Below, piece by piece: positions 40,812-50,678 of a stretch of DNA of 64,000 bases (its first letter is position 1; each line of letters opens with the position of its first letter). This DNA comes from an uncultured bacterium (GTDB taxonomy: Bacteria > Babelota > Babeliae > Babelales > Babelaceae): contig CAVRKK010000002.1 in assembly GCA_963722385.1 (NCBI GenBank), positions 576,001 through 640,000 of the forward strand, in the 5' to 3' direction. Both the position numbers and the translations under genes were made by a program. The notes under the pieces are model-generated. The model saw nothing but the letters and a program-made list of their open reading frames with translations, made no database searches and was not told the DNA's origin.

Positions 40812-40842
40812 GACCCATGCTTACGCATGGGTCTTCTTCTTT
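40812..40842 (+). terminator. Putative intrinsic terminator
   Basis: GACCCATGC-ttac-GCATGGGTC followed by TTCTTCTTT. Confidence 0.6.
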
Positions 40843-40860
40843 GTTGCGCCGGGCATGGTG

Positions 40861-40887
40861 ACCTCCGGCTTTTAAGCCGGCGTTATT
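40861..40887 (+). mobile_element. Isolated IS200/IS605 right-end hairpin identical to 9992-10018 (reverse complement)
   Basis: ACCTCCGGCTTTTAAGCCGGCGTTATT matches 27/27. Confidence 0.75.
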
Positions 40888-41066
40888 TATTGTTCTTCCT
40901 GTGCCTCACATGTTTTTTATCTGAGATGGACAAAAGTAATGCAAGCGAATATGTTGATTGTTGTTCGCTTATAAGCAACATTAAGAGCTCCTTTTTGTGT
41001 TATAGCAACATTATTTTTTTAAAAGTCAAATCTGTTCAGATCTTTCACTTTTTTGCGGAAGTCCTG
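40888..41066 (-). mobile_element. Possible IS701/IS4-like left-end remnant
   Basis: Minus-strand terminus CAGGACTTCCGCAAAA resembles CAGGACTTACGCA-type IS ends. It is followed by an AAGGAG RBS and a short truncated ORF MLLISEQQSTYSLALLLSISDKK. Confidence 0.35.
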
Positions 41067-41134
41067 TAACTTAATTGAGCATTATAGAACATCAAAGTAG
41101 AAAATAAAGTCACTTTTACATCAGGGGTAAAATA

Positions 41135-44100
41135 ATGATTAAGTATGTGAAATTGATAGTGTTAATAGGGTGTTTCTTGTTAAGGACTATGCCAGCTTAC
41201 GGAATGGAAGGGCCGAGAAGGAATAAACTTTTTGAGTATGTAAAAAAGAATGATGTAAAAAGTTTAAACACTTTTCTGAGCTATAAAAAATTGACAGACA
41301 GGCTTAATTTAAGTGTATATGATAGTGCTGGCTGGCAACCGATTCACCACGCTGTAAAAAGCGGCAATAGGGAGATAGTAAAGCTTCTTATCGAATATGG
41401 TGCAGATGTAAATGCGCAAATAAAAGATAGCCAAGGAGAGCGATCGTTGCATTTAGCAGCTCGAGCTGGGAATGAAGAGATTATTCTCGATCTCGTAGCA
41501 GCAGGAGCCCGTCCTGATTTAGCTGATAATAATGGAATATTGCCTATGTACTATGCTGAAAATATATCAGCTTTATTTGTTGATTCTTCAGCTAATTCAG
41601 TAGGTACGTCTTTTGCTAGGGTGAATGATTCATCAGATGGAGATAGATCTAGAAATTTGTATGAGCAATTGGGTGCATTATCTATAAGTGATGAGTTTTT
41701 GTTGTTAAGTCCGGCAAAGAAGAATAAAGAAACAGAAAAAGCTGATAAGCAGGCAGCAGGCAGGCTTTCTAGTGAAGAATGCGATCAAAGGCTACTTAAT
41801 ACCCTTTTACGTGGCGACCTTGAAAAGGCGCAACTATGTTATGTAGGAGGAGCTGATATAAATTTCCGAGATGCTTTTGGTAATCAGCCTATACATCATG
41901 TAGTAAATCAAGGTGTAATACCTACTCTTGAATGGCTTCTTGTGCACGGCGCAGACATAAATGCGCAAGATAGAGATGGTAACAGGCCGGTACGTATAGC
42001 AGCTCTTAGGGAGCATGCTCAAGTTGCGCAATGGCTTATTAGGCAGGGGGCTCGTTGTGATGATCGAAATGATCAAAAGCCAGAGGTTGAGAAAGAAACA
42101 GATCAGCCATTCTTTTATGAAAATAGTGTTTGTTTGTTACCGAGTTCAAAAAACGAGGTACTTATCTCTGCTGTCAAGCGAGGGAAGATAAAGCGAGTAC
42201 AGAATGCTTTAGCAGCAGGAGCCCATATTAACGCTCAAGATAGCAATGGTCAAACTTCTCTGCATCATGCTGTACGGGCAGGGCGCCTTGATATTGTTGG
42301 CTGGCTGATTAAGCATGGTGCTCAGGTAGAGAGCCGCGATACTACTGGGCAAGAACCGATACATGAAGCTGTTTATAGGGGTCATCTAGAAATTGTCCAG
42401 TTGCTTGTTGAGCATGGTGCTCAGGTTGATGCTCGTGATGATTTGAAGAGAAGCTCTCTCCATTTGGCTGCTTTGGGAGGGCATTTAGAAGTAGTTCAAT
42501 GGCTTGTTGAACACGGTGCTTCCATCCATGCTCAAGATAATGATGGCTTGCAACCGCTCCATTGGGCTGCTCTTGATGGACATTTAGAAGTAGTTAAATG
42601 GCTTGTTGAGCATGGCGCTGCTATCAATGCCCAAGATAAGACTGGCTGGCAACCTCTCCATTGGGCTGCTGTTAAGGCGCATTTAGAAGTAGTTAAATGG
42701 CTTGTTGAACATGGTGCTAATATTGATGCTGTAAGTAATAGTGGTCAAAGACCTATTGATGTAGCGGCTGCAAATAATAAGCAGAATATTGTTGATTGGC
42801 TTTCTACAGCTGGTGAGAAAAGAGAAGCTAAAGAAAAAGAGCCCGAGAAGCAAAAAGAGAAAGAAAAGAAAAATCATCCAAATCAGCTTACTCAACAAGA
42901 GCTTAACGAGAGGTTATTGAGCGCTGCTGCAGCTGGTCATTTATCTGAGATAGAGAGTTTAATTAATCGAGGGGCTTCTGTCAATGCCCAAGATAGTGGC
43001 GGGAAACAGGCTCTCCATTGGGCTGCTTTGGGAGGGCATTTAGAAGTAGTTAAATGGCTTGTTGAACATGGTGCTACCATTAATGCTCAAGCTAATGATG
43101 GCAGTCAGCCTCTTCATTGGGCTGCTTTGGGAGGGCATTTAGAAGTAGTCAAATATCTTGTTAAACAGGGCGCTTCTGTCAATGCCCAAATTAATGATGG
43201 CTTGCAACCGCTCCATCATGCTGCTCTTGATGGACATTTAGAAGTAGTTAAATGGCTTGTTGAACAGGGCGCTTCCATCAATGCCCAAGATAATAATGGT
43301 ATGCAGCCTCTCCATTGGGCTGCTCTTGATGGACATTTAGAAGTAGTTAAATGGCTTGTTGAGCATGGCGCTGCTATCAATGCCCAAGATAAGACTGGCT
43401 GGCAACCTCTCCATTGGGCTGCTGTTAAGGCGCATTTAGAAGTAGTTAAATGGCTTGTTGAACATGGTGCTGTCATCAATGCCCAAATTAATGATGGCTT
43501 GCAACCGCTCCATCATGCTGCTTGGAGAGGGCATATAGAAGTAGTCAAATATCTTGTTGAACAGGGCGCTGTCATCAATGCCCAAAATAATGATGGCAGG
43601 CCGCCTCTCCATTGGGCTGCTGAGGGAGGGCATATAGAAGTAGTTAAATGGCTTGTAGAACATGGTGCTCCAATCAATGCCCAAGATAATGATGGCTTGC
43701 AACCGCTCCATCATGCTGCTTGGAGAGGGCATATAGAAGTAGTCAAATATCTTGTTGAACAGGGCGCTGTCATCAATGCCCAAGATAGTGATGGCAGGCA
43801 ACCGCTCCATCGGGCTGCTTATAAGGGGCATTTAGAAGTAGTTCAATGGCTTGTTGAGCATGGTGCTTCCATCAATGCTCAAGATAATCGAGGCTGGCAG
43901 CCTCTCCACATGGCTGTTTTTGATGGACATTTAGAAGTAGTTAAATGGTTAGTTGAACATGGCGCCCCTATCAATGTCCAAGATAAGACTGGCTGGCAAC
44001 CTCTCCATTGGGCTGCTCTCAATGGGCATTTAGAAGTATTCAAATGGCTTGTTAGCCATGGTGCTGATATTAATGCTGTAGATAAGTCTGGCAAAAGACC

Positions 44101-46420
44101 TATTGATTTAGCTGCTGAGAGTAATAAGCAGAACATTGTTGATTGGCTTTCTAACGCTGCGAACAAAGGAGAGAGTAAAGAAAAATTGCCTGAGAAAGAA
44201 AAGGAGAGAGAAAGCTCTCCTACTCAGGAAGAGCTTAACAATAGGTTATTAAGTGCTGCTTACGCTGGCCGTTTATATGAAGTAGAGAGTTTAATTAATC
44301 AAGGAGCTAATACTAATGCTCAAGATAATAATGGTATGCAGCCTCTCCATAGGGCTGTTTTTGGTGGACATTTAGAAGTAGTCGAATGGTTAGTAGAACA
44401 TGGTGCTTCCATCAATGCCCAAGATAATAATGGCAGCCAGCCTCTTTATTGGGCTGCTTACCGGGGGCATTTAGAAGTAGTCAAATATCTTCTTGAACAG
44501 GGTGCTTCCATCAATGCCCAAGATAATGTTGGCAGGCAGCCTCTCCATAATGCTGCTGAGGGTGGCCATTTAGAAATAGTCAAATGGCTTGTTGAACATG
44601 GCGCTTCCATTAATGCCCAAGATAATGTTGGCAGGCAGCCGCTTCATTGGGCTGCTGTTAAGGGGCATTTAGAAGTAGTTAAATGGTTGGTGGAGCATGG
44701 TGCTCATATTGATGCTGTAAATAGACTTGGTCAAAGACCTATTGATGTAGCTGCTGAGAGTAGTAAGCAGGACATTGTTGATTGGCTTTCTCGCGCTGCT
44801 GAGAAAGCACGGACTAAGGAAGAGCTTAACAATAGGTTATTCATTGCCGCTGACACTGGTCATTTAGATGAAGTAAAGAGTTTAATTAATCAAGGCGTTA
44901 ATGTTAATGCTCAGAATTTTGATGGATCGCAGCCTCTCCATTATGCTGCTCAAGAAGGTCATTTAGAAATAGTAAAATGGCTTGTTGAGCATGGTGCTGT
45001 CATCAATGCCCAAGATAATAATGGTAGGCAGTCTCTATATTGGGCTGTTTTCCGCGGGGATTTAGAAGTAATCAAATGGCTTGTTAGCCATGGTGCTGAT
45101 ATTAATGCTGTAGATAAGTCTGGCAAAAGACCTATTGATTTAGCTGCTGAGAGTAATAAGCAGAACATTGTTGATTGGCTTTCTAACGCTGCGAACAAAG
45201 GAGAGAGTAAAGAAAAATTGCCTGAGAAAGAAAAGGAGAGAGAAAACTCTCCTACTCAGGAAGAGCTTAACAATAGGCTATTTAGTGCTGCTTACGCTGG
45301 CCGTTTATATGAAGTAGAGAGTTTAATTAATCAAGGCGCTCATGTTAATGCCCAAGATAATCGAGGCTGGCAGCCTCTCCATTTGGCTGCTCATAACGGG
45401 CATTTAGAAGTAGTTCAATGGCTTGTTAAACAGGGCGCTTCTGTCAATGCCCAAACTAATGATGGTATGCAGGCTCTCCATTGTGCTGCTTATAAGGGGC
45501 ATTTAGAAGTAGTTAAATGGCTTGTTGAACACGGTGCTTCCATCAATGCCCAAATTAATGATGGCTTGCAACCGCTCCATCATGCTGCTCTTGATGGACA
45601 TTTAGAAGTAGTTAAATGGCTTGTTGAACAGGGCGCTTCCATCAATGCCCAAGATAATAATGGTATGCAGCCTCTCCATTGGGCTGCTTTTAAGGGGCAT
45701 TTAGAAGTAGTTAAATGGTTGGTGGAGCATGGTGCTAATATTGATGCTGTAAGTAATAGTGGTCAAAGACCTATTGATGTAGCGGCTGCAAATAATAAGC
45801 AGAATATTGTTGATTGGCTTTCTACAGCTGGTGAGAAAAGAGAAGCTAAAGAAAAAGAGCCCGAGAAGCAAAAAGAGAAAGAAAAGAAAAATCATCCAAA
45901 TCAGCTTACTCAACAAGAGCTTAACGAGAGGTTATTGAGCGCTGCTGCAGCTGGTCATTTATCTGAGATAGAGAGTTTAATTAATCGAGGGGCTTCTGTC
46001 AATGCCCAAGATAGTGGCGGGAAACAGGCTCTCCATTGGGCTGCTTTGGGAGGGCATTTAGAAGTAGTTAAATGGCTTGTTGAACATGGTGCTACCATTA
46101 ATGCTCAAGCTAATGATGGCAGTCAGCCTCTTCATTGGGCTGCTTTGGGAGGGCATTTAGAAGTAGTCAAATATCTTGTTGAACAGGGTGCTACCATCAA
46201 TGCCCAAGATAATAATGGTATGCAGCCTCTGCATTATGCTATTTTCCGCGGGCATTTAGAAGTAATCAAATGGCTTGTTAGCCATGGTGCTGATATTAAT
46301 GCTGTAGATAAGTCTGGTAAAAGACCTATTGATTTTGCTGCTTGGAATAGTAAGCAGGACATTGTTGATTGGCTTTCTCACGCTGCTGAGAAAGCACAGA
46401 GCAAAGAGAGAAGGACGTAA
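41135..46420 (+). CDS. Secreted ankyrin-repeat protein, paralog D (1761 aa; six capped ANK cassettes)
   Basis: Same N-terminus family (MPAYGMEGPRRNKLFEY). Internal duplications at offsets 3018 (about 42.7 vs 45.7 kb) and 1032 (about 44.05 vs 45.08 kb). Confidence 0.95.
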   Translation: MIKYVKLIVLIGCFLLRTMPAYGMEGPRRNKLFEYVKKNDVKSLNTFLSYKKLTDRLNLSVYDSAGWQPIHHAVKSGNREIVKLLIEYGADVNAQIKDSQGERSLHLAARAGNEEIILDLVAAGARPDLADNNGILPMYYAENISALFVDSSANSVGTSFARVNDSSDGDRSRNLYEQLGALSISDEFLLLSPAKKNKETEKADKQAAGRLSSEECDQRLLNTLLRGDLEKAQLCYVGGADINFRDAFGNQPIHHVVNQGVIPTLEWLLVHGADINAQDRDGNRPVRIAALREHAQVAQWLIRQGARCDDRNDQKPEVEKETDQPFFYENSVCLLPSSKNEVLISAVKRGKIKRVQNALAAGAHINAQDSNGQTSLHHAVRAGRLDIVGWLIKHGAQVESRDTTGQEPIHEAVYRGHLEIVQLLVEHGAQVDARDDLKRSSLHLAALGGHLEVVQWLVEHGASIHAQDNDGLQPLHWAALDGHLEVVKWLVEHGAAINAQDKTGWQPLHWAAVKAHLEVVKWLVEHGANIDAVSNSGQRPIDVAAANNKQNIVDWLSTAGEKREAKEKEPEKQKEKEKKNHPNQLTQQELNERLLSAAAAGHLSEIESLINRGASVNAQDSGGKQALHWAALGGHLEVVKWLVEHGATINAQANDGSQPLHWAALGGHLEVVKYLVKQGASVNAQINDGLQPLHHAALDGHLEVVKWLVEQGASINAQDNNGMQPLHWAALDGHLEVVKWLVEHGAAINAQDKTGWQPLHWAAVKAHLEVVKWLVEHGAVINAQINDGLQPLHHAAWRGHIEVVKYLVEQGAVINAQNNDGRPPLHWAAEGGHIEVVKWLVEHGAPINAQDNDGLQPLHHAAWRGHIEVVKYLVEQGAVINAQDSDGRQPLHRAAYKGHLEVVQWLVEHGASINAQDNRGWQPLHMAVFDGHLEVVKWLVEHGAPINVQDKTGWQPLHWAALNGHLEVFKWLVSHGADINAVDKSGKRPIDLAAESNKQNIVDWLSNAANKGESKEKLPEKEKERESSPTQEELNNRLLSAAYAGRLYEVESLINQGANTNAQDNNGMQPLHRAVFGGHLEVVEWLVEHGASINAQDNNGSQPLYWAAYRGHLEVVKYLLEQGASINAQDNVGRQPLHNAAEGGHLEIVKWLVEHGASINAQDNVGRQPLHWAAVKGHLEVVKWLVEHGAHIDAVNRLGQRPIDVAAESSKQDIVDWLSRAAEKARTKEELNNRLFIAADTGHLDEVKSLINQGVNVNAQNFDGSQPLHYAAQEGHLEIVKWLVEHGAVINAQDNNGRQSLYWAVFRGDLEVIKWLVSHGADINAVDKSGKRPIDLAAESNKQNIVDWLSNAANKGESKEKLPEKEKERENSPTQEELNNRLFSAAYAGRLYEVESLINQGAHVNAQDNRGWQPLHLAAHNGHLEVVQWLVKQGASVNAQTNDGMQALHCAAYKGHLEVVKWLVEHGASINAQINDGLQPLHHAALDGHLEVVKWLVEQGASINAQDNNGMQPLHWAAFKGHLEVVKWLVEHGANIDAVSNSGQRPIDVAAANNKQNIVDWLSTAGEKREAKEKEPEKQKEKEKKNHPNQLTQQELNERLLSAAAAGHLSEIESLINRGASVNAQDSGGKQALHWAALGGHLEVVKWLVEHGATINAQANDGSQPLHWAALGGHLEVVKYLVEQGATINAQDNNGMQPLHYAIFRGHLEVIKWLVSHGADINAVDKSGKRPIDFAAWNSKQDIVDWLSHAAEKAQSKERRT

Positions 46421-46459
46421 GTCCTTCCCTCCTCCTACCCGATGTATGTTCGAAACGCT

Positions 46460-46996
46460 TTAGGAGCCGGTGCCAAAGAAAAATGCGATCTCGCGCTCAG
46501 CCGATGCTGCCGAGTCCGACCCGTGAACAGCATTATACGTTTTATCGACCCCGAACATCTTTCTGATAGTGCCTATTTCGGCCTGCTGAGGATCGGTGGC
46601 GCCCATGAGTTTTCGCCACTGAGCAATAGCGTTTGTATGCTCAAGCACGAACGCATATATTGGTCCCGATGTCATATATCCAACGAGTGTTTCATAAAAG
46701 GGCTTGCCTTTGTGCTCAGCATAAAAAGTTTGGGCTTGTTCTCGACTAAGATATATTTTCTTGATATGTACAATCGAGAACTTGTTACGTTCAATGAGGG
46801 AAATGATTTCGCCGACATGGAAAGCGGCAACAGCATCGGGCTTGATGAGCGCACAGGTACGCTCACTACTCGACGAGACGACAGCCCCTTTTTCAGTTAT
46901 TGTCTTGTCTGTTTGGCAAATGAAATCTCGGCCAATGAGCAAGAATGGTAGATGTGCTATAAAAAAGATGCTCAATTTTAGCGGTATACGGATCAT
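46460..46996 (-). CDS. ndk: Nucleoside-diphosphate kinase with N-terminal signal-like extension
   Basis: ERTCALIKPDAV, FYAEHKGKPFY, MTSGP, GTIR, NAVHGSDS; CAGGAG RBS before 46996. Confidence 0.93.
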   Translation of the reverse strand: MIRIPLKLSIFFIAHLPFLLIGRDFICQTDKTITEKGAVVSSSSERTCALIKPDAVAAFHVGEIISLIERNKFSIVHIKKIYLSREQAQTFYAEHKGKPFYETLVGYMTSGPIYAFVLEHTNAIAQWRKLMGATDPQQAEIGTIRKMFGVDKTYNAVHGSDSAASAEREIAFFFGTGS

Positions 46997-47159
46997 AAGA
47001 ATCTCCTGTTGGTTAATGTTTTCTCTTCATTATAGTTAAAGAGATTTGGAAAATCAATTAAAAATATTGACTTTTGCAATAAAATATTATTAAAGTTGTA
47101 TTATAATTGACAGAGGGTCATGATTTATTTCAGCTAACCATTTAAACAAGGAGTGTTCC

Positions 47160-47729
47160 ATGAATAAATCAGCATTTATTATACTCAGCTTAGCTGCCTT
47201 CGCAGCCGCATCGCTGAGCGCCGAGAGCTTGTGGCAAAAAACCGTTGATTTGTTTGGCCACAAGAAGGTCGAACAGCCAAAGGTAACGTCTACCACGACA
47301 CCTGCCAAGCCGGAAGAGAGTGTTGGGTCAAAAATTGCGGATATTGCTTCTGCCCTCGGACTTAGCGCTCCTGCGACGACATCTACCAAGACAGAGCAGG
47401 CTATTGGCTCAAAAATTGCAAATCTTGCTTCTTCGATGGGACTTGGGGCCCCTGCTGTTGCAGCTCGCCCAACACGAATTCAGCGTTGGCAAGCGGTTAT
47501 TGACGCATTTAGGGCACGAAATGTTCCTGAAGATAGTCCCCTTATGCAGTGGGCACAGCACAATCTAGCACGCGCACAGCATCCTTCTCGTCGTTACCAT
47601 AGGGTTAAAAGGCATCGTCGGCACATGGCAAAGCCAACTGCACCAAGCAGCAGAAAGCATGCAGTAAGACATGGCTACACGAATGCTCCACGTCCTACCG
47701 CACATACTCAAAAAACGGCAAGAGCATAA
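47160..47729 (+). CDS. Hypothetical secreted basic protein with an internal repeat
   Basis: AAGGAG RBS, signal peptide, GSKIAxxASxxGLxAPA twice, Arg/His-rich tail. Confidence 0.8.
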   Translation: MNKSAFIILSLAAFAAASLSAESLWQKTVDLFGHKKVEQPKVTSTTTPAKPEESVGSKIADIASALGLSAPATTSTKTEQAIGSKIANLASSMGLGAPAVAARPTRIQRWQAVIDAFRARNVPEDSPLMQWAQHNLARAQHPSRRYHRVKRHRRHMAKPTAPSSRKHAVRHGYTNAPRPTAHTQKTARA

Positions 47730-47735
47730 GATATA

Positions 47736-48095
47736 GTCAAAGACCCCATGCCTAAAGGGGGCTTGTATCTGAACTCCACCTCAACCCAGAGTATCTTCTC
47801 AGATACCCTGCTTTAGCTTCATCGTCCGACACATCAGCAGACCATCTTAATGGTCTGCTGGGCGTTCTGACAACACACCCACACTCATCCAGTCTTGCCG
47901 AATGAGCGTCGTTATATAAGCGGTTTTTTCAACCGTCTCTCTCGTCCACCAATAAGCTGAGCGAGTGCCTTCTCTTTACGCCTTTCTCTTGCCTACAAAG
48001 TGAATACATAAACAAGAAAAGGTCAAGCCAAACTCTGCTGGCTTGTTTTTGCGGCAATTCCTCCCCATATTTAAAAAGGGGGACTCCTGCCACTT
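47736..48095 (-). mobile_element. Non-autonomous IS200/IS605-type miniature element (both ends, essentially no ORF)
   Basis: On the minus strand, left end GGAGTCCCCCTTTT...ATGGGGAGGAATTGCC and right end CAAGCCCCCTTTAGGCATGGGGTCTTTGAC. Internal 10-bp hairpin at 47835-47860. Confidence 0.7.
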
Positions 48096-48173
48096 TTTGT
48101 TGAGGAGCTTGTAGGTAAAAAAATTAAGGTTTTCAGCCGAGCTCCTCTCAACTAATTTAGAGCTCACTGCGCT

Positions 48174-48677
48174 TCAAGAGATAAAGTCTTTGAGCGATAA
48201 GCCTCGGGTTTTGAGCATCTGCTGAACTTCATGCTGTTGCTCAGGGGTTAATCGTTGCCTGTAAAAGAATGATAGGCGACGAGATGTGCGTTCGTGCTGT
48301 TCAGGGTGCTTAATCATGTAATTAAGAAATTGAGTCACTCGATGGTACTCTTTGCCCTCACGTGCTATTTGTTTAAGTTTATCGAGCGTAAGCCCTTGTT
48401 TATTAAGCTGCATTAACGCTGAGCTTCGTAAATTCTCGCCCGCGAATTCATCATAAATGCGTATAAGGTTCATGGCGGCGCTTGTTCGCGTGGCCAGGTT
48501 GGTGCTGGCGTGATTAAAAATGTTTAATTGTTTGGCAAATAATGCAAATGTCTTGCGGTCGCCTGCCTGTGTCCGATGAGCAGCGGCTTCTTTACGTGGT
48601 GATTGAGCATCCGCACCGCTGAGTATTGTTGTACTAAAAGCGAGCCAACAGAGCACGCTAAAGCGAAATGATTTCAT
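48174..48677 (-). CDS. Hypothetical secreted protein
   Basis: GAGGGGGGA RBS, signal peptide. Confidence 0.75.
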   Translation of the reverse strand: MKSFRFSVLCWLAFSTTILSGADAQSPRKEAAAHRTQAGDRKTFALFAKQLNIFNHASTNLATRTSAAMNLIRIYDEFAGENLRSSALMQLNKQGLTLDKLKQIAREGKEYHRVTQFLNYMIKHPEQHERTSRRLSFFYRQRLTPEQQHEVQQMLKTRGLSLKDFIS

Positions 48678-48801
48678 GAGCCATCCCCCCTCTGTTCTTC
48701 CCGTTTATTTATCATCTGCTTTTAGCGTACTTGCTCTTCTTTGCAAAAATCAATATTTAATTAATTCCCCGTAAAAATTTATTGCTTATAGGGCTTTTTT
48801 A

Positions 48802-48841
48802 ATATCAATAAGCAGGCCGGTTTAAGCCTGCTTATTGATAT
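48802..48841 (-). terminator. 16-bp inverted repeat immediately downstream of the 48846 gene
   Basis: ATATCAATAAGCAGGC-N8-GCCTGCTTATTGATAT. Confidence 0.6.
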
Positions 48842-48845
48842 CGTT

Positions 48846-50207
48846 CTAGTGCGAAGAAAACTGGTTGTTACGTCGCCATGAATCGGCCAATAGCATGGCT
48901 AGGGCGCGAAGTTGGTCGTCATTTGCTTGCCGCGCTGAAAGAATCTGCCTCGTGCTTGTGGTCTGATTGGGTAGCGCTTGGGCAACCAGTCGTCGACGAT
49001 CAAGGCTTAAGGTGCCCGGCCAGCCATAGATATTCCTTTGCTCTTGGGACTGAGGTAAGGGGGTAGCAGGTTGATGAATATGCGTTTCGTTCGGTTCTGA
49101 GCGGCTGATCTGGGATGAAGAGCCCAAAAACCAGGAAGTCATCGGGTCTGTAGAACCTGTCGGCAACGAGCAAGAAGTGCTGCCTGAAAAATCTTGAGGA
49201 GACTCTGGGGTAGCGGAATTAGGTGATGTATTTTCTTGGGTGCGGCTATTTCTGACACCACTCAAATAAGCATCGTACGCGGGGGTACAGTCAGAATAGA
49301 TGCCACCACTTATTAAGGCAGTTAGATACTCGGTTGAGTTATTGCGCAGCGCATGCGCCAAAACATCGCGATGCTCAAATTCAGCATGGAGGAGATCTCT
49401 ATCCTGGGGGATTCGTATAACGGGAGATACGTGCTCACTTTCTTCATCGCTTGCTTGAGATAGTCGTGTTCTTGCTTGGACATGAGCCTGGTGAGGCAAG
49501 AGCTCTCTTAGCACATTTTGAGGATCAACGCCATCTAATTGAGCGAAGATAGTCTCAAGGCATGGTATATGTATCTGAGGTTCAGGCGCAAACCGATGGG
49601 TGTTAATAGATACCGCGTCTTGTTCGCTTGGAGCAATTACGCGTGCGCAAACTAAGCATTCATGGGCTTGCGTCACCATCAACCGTTCTTCTATGAGATC
49701 AATAACGTCTTGGCTCACTTGAGAATTGGTAGGTAATTCATCACGGCTTAAGCCCCCGTGACTTTCTAATATCTGAGTAATTTCTTTATTATTGGATATT
49801 CGCGCAATATCAAGCGGTGTCCGATTGCTTTTTGGATCTAACACATTAACGTTGGCGCCGCGCTCGAGTAAATATAAAACCAGCTTGGCGTAGCGGCGGT
49901 GGATCGCCCAAAAGAGCGCATGTTTGCTCTCGCTACATGCCTGATTTACGTTGATATGGGGATTGTCACTGAGATAGGCGATAATATTTTCTTCTTTTTC
50001 CCCATTGATAATTTGCAGATGAAAATCGGGCATAGAAGTATCAATCGCTTCAAATCTAATTGCTCGTCGGCGGGCTGGGAAGGGGGTCCGCGCACGCATC
50101 TGACGATCGGCTCGATATCGTTGCGTACGAGGGGGTTGGTCGGGACTCTCCCTGCCCTGCGTTGAAATGGCGAGGATAAGGCACAACGTTAAAAATAATT
50201 TTCTCAT
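48846..50207 (-). CDS. Secreted ankyrin-repeat protein with a degenerate Zn-finger-like segment and disordered tail
   Basis: ALFWAIHRR...LLERGANVN...TPLDIA; CLVC...H...HIPC. Confidence 0.8.
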   Translation of the reverse strand: MRKLFLTLCLILAISTQGRESPDQPPRTQRYRADRQMRARTPFPARRRAIRFEAIDTSMPDFHLQIINGEKEENIIAYLSDNPHINVNQACSESKHALFWAIHRRYAKLVLYLLERGANVNVLDPKSNRTPLDIARISNNKEITQILESHGGLSRDELPTNSQVSQDVIDLIEERLMVTQAHECLVCARVIAPSEQDAVSINTHRFAPEPQIHIPCLETIFAQLDGVDPQNVLRELLPHQAHVQARTRLSQASDEESEHVSPVIRIPQDRDLLHAEFEHRDVLAHALRNNSTEYLTALISGGIYSDCTPAYDAYLSGVRNSRTQENTSPNSATPESPQDFSGSTSCSLPTGSTDPMTSWFLGSSSQISRSEPNETHIHQPATPLPQSQEQRNIYGWPGTLSLDRRRLVAQALPNQTTSTRQILSARQANDDQLRALAMLLADSWRRNNQFSSH

Positions 50208-50678
50208 AAGTTTTTCTCTTGGTGGTTGCTTAACTTAAAATTACTCGCCAGCCCCACTTTTAATAGTAATTATTTGACGAAACACTCAGATACATTAAGT
50301 ATTCAGTAATATTATACACCACATTACCTATTACGCAATCGTAGCATTTTTCTTTGTAATTATAAGAGAAACCGACGAGGTAAAGTCTCAGGAGTTTGAA
50401 AGCCACTTCTTAGGAAGGCCGATCGACAAAAGAGAGCAACAATACCAAAACATTCCTCATTAGGCACTTTAGGGAAATCCGGCGCCCTGGATTAGCCCCA
50501 TAGCGTAAGCAGAGGAGCAAGAGAGCATGGGCCGAATAGGGCCATCGGGTTCCAAGGCAAAGCCACTACGGACCAATATGTGCCATTACGCATGTTTGAT
50601 GGTGCTAGCGCGAGCATGGCCTGCCGCATCAGTCGGTGGTGACTGGGCCGTGCAGGCTTCAGCACAGACCTATTTTTA

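Noticed and set aside
41135..46420. CRISPR-like array (conserved/variable alternation at 99 bp)
   Set aside because: The repeats are in-frame ankyrin coding units inside long ORFs; no cas genes.
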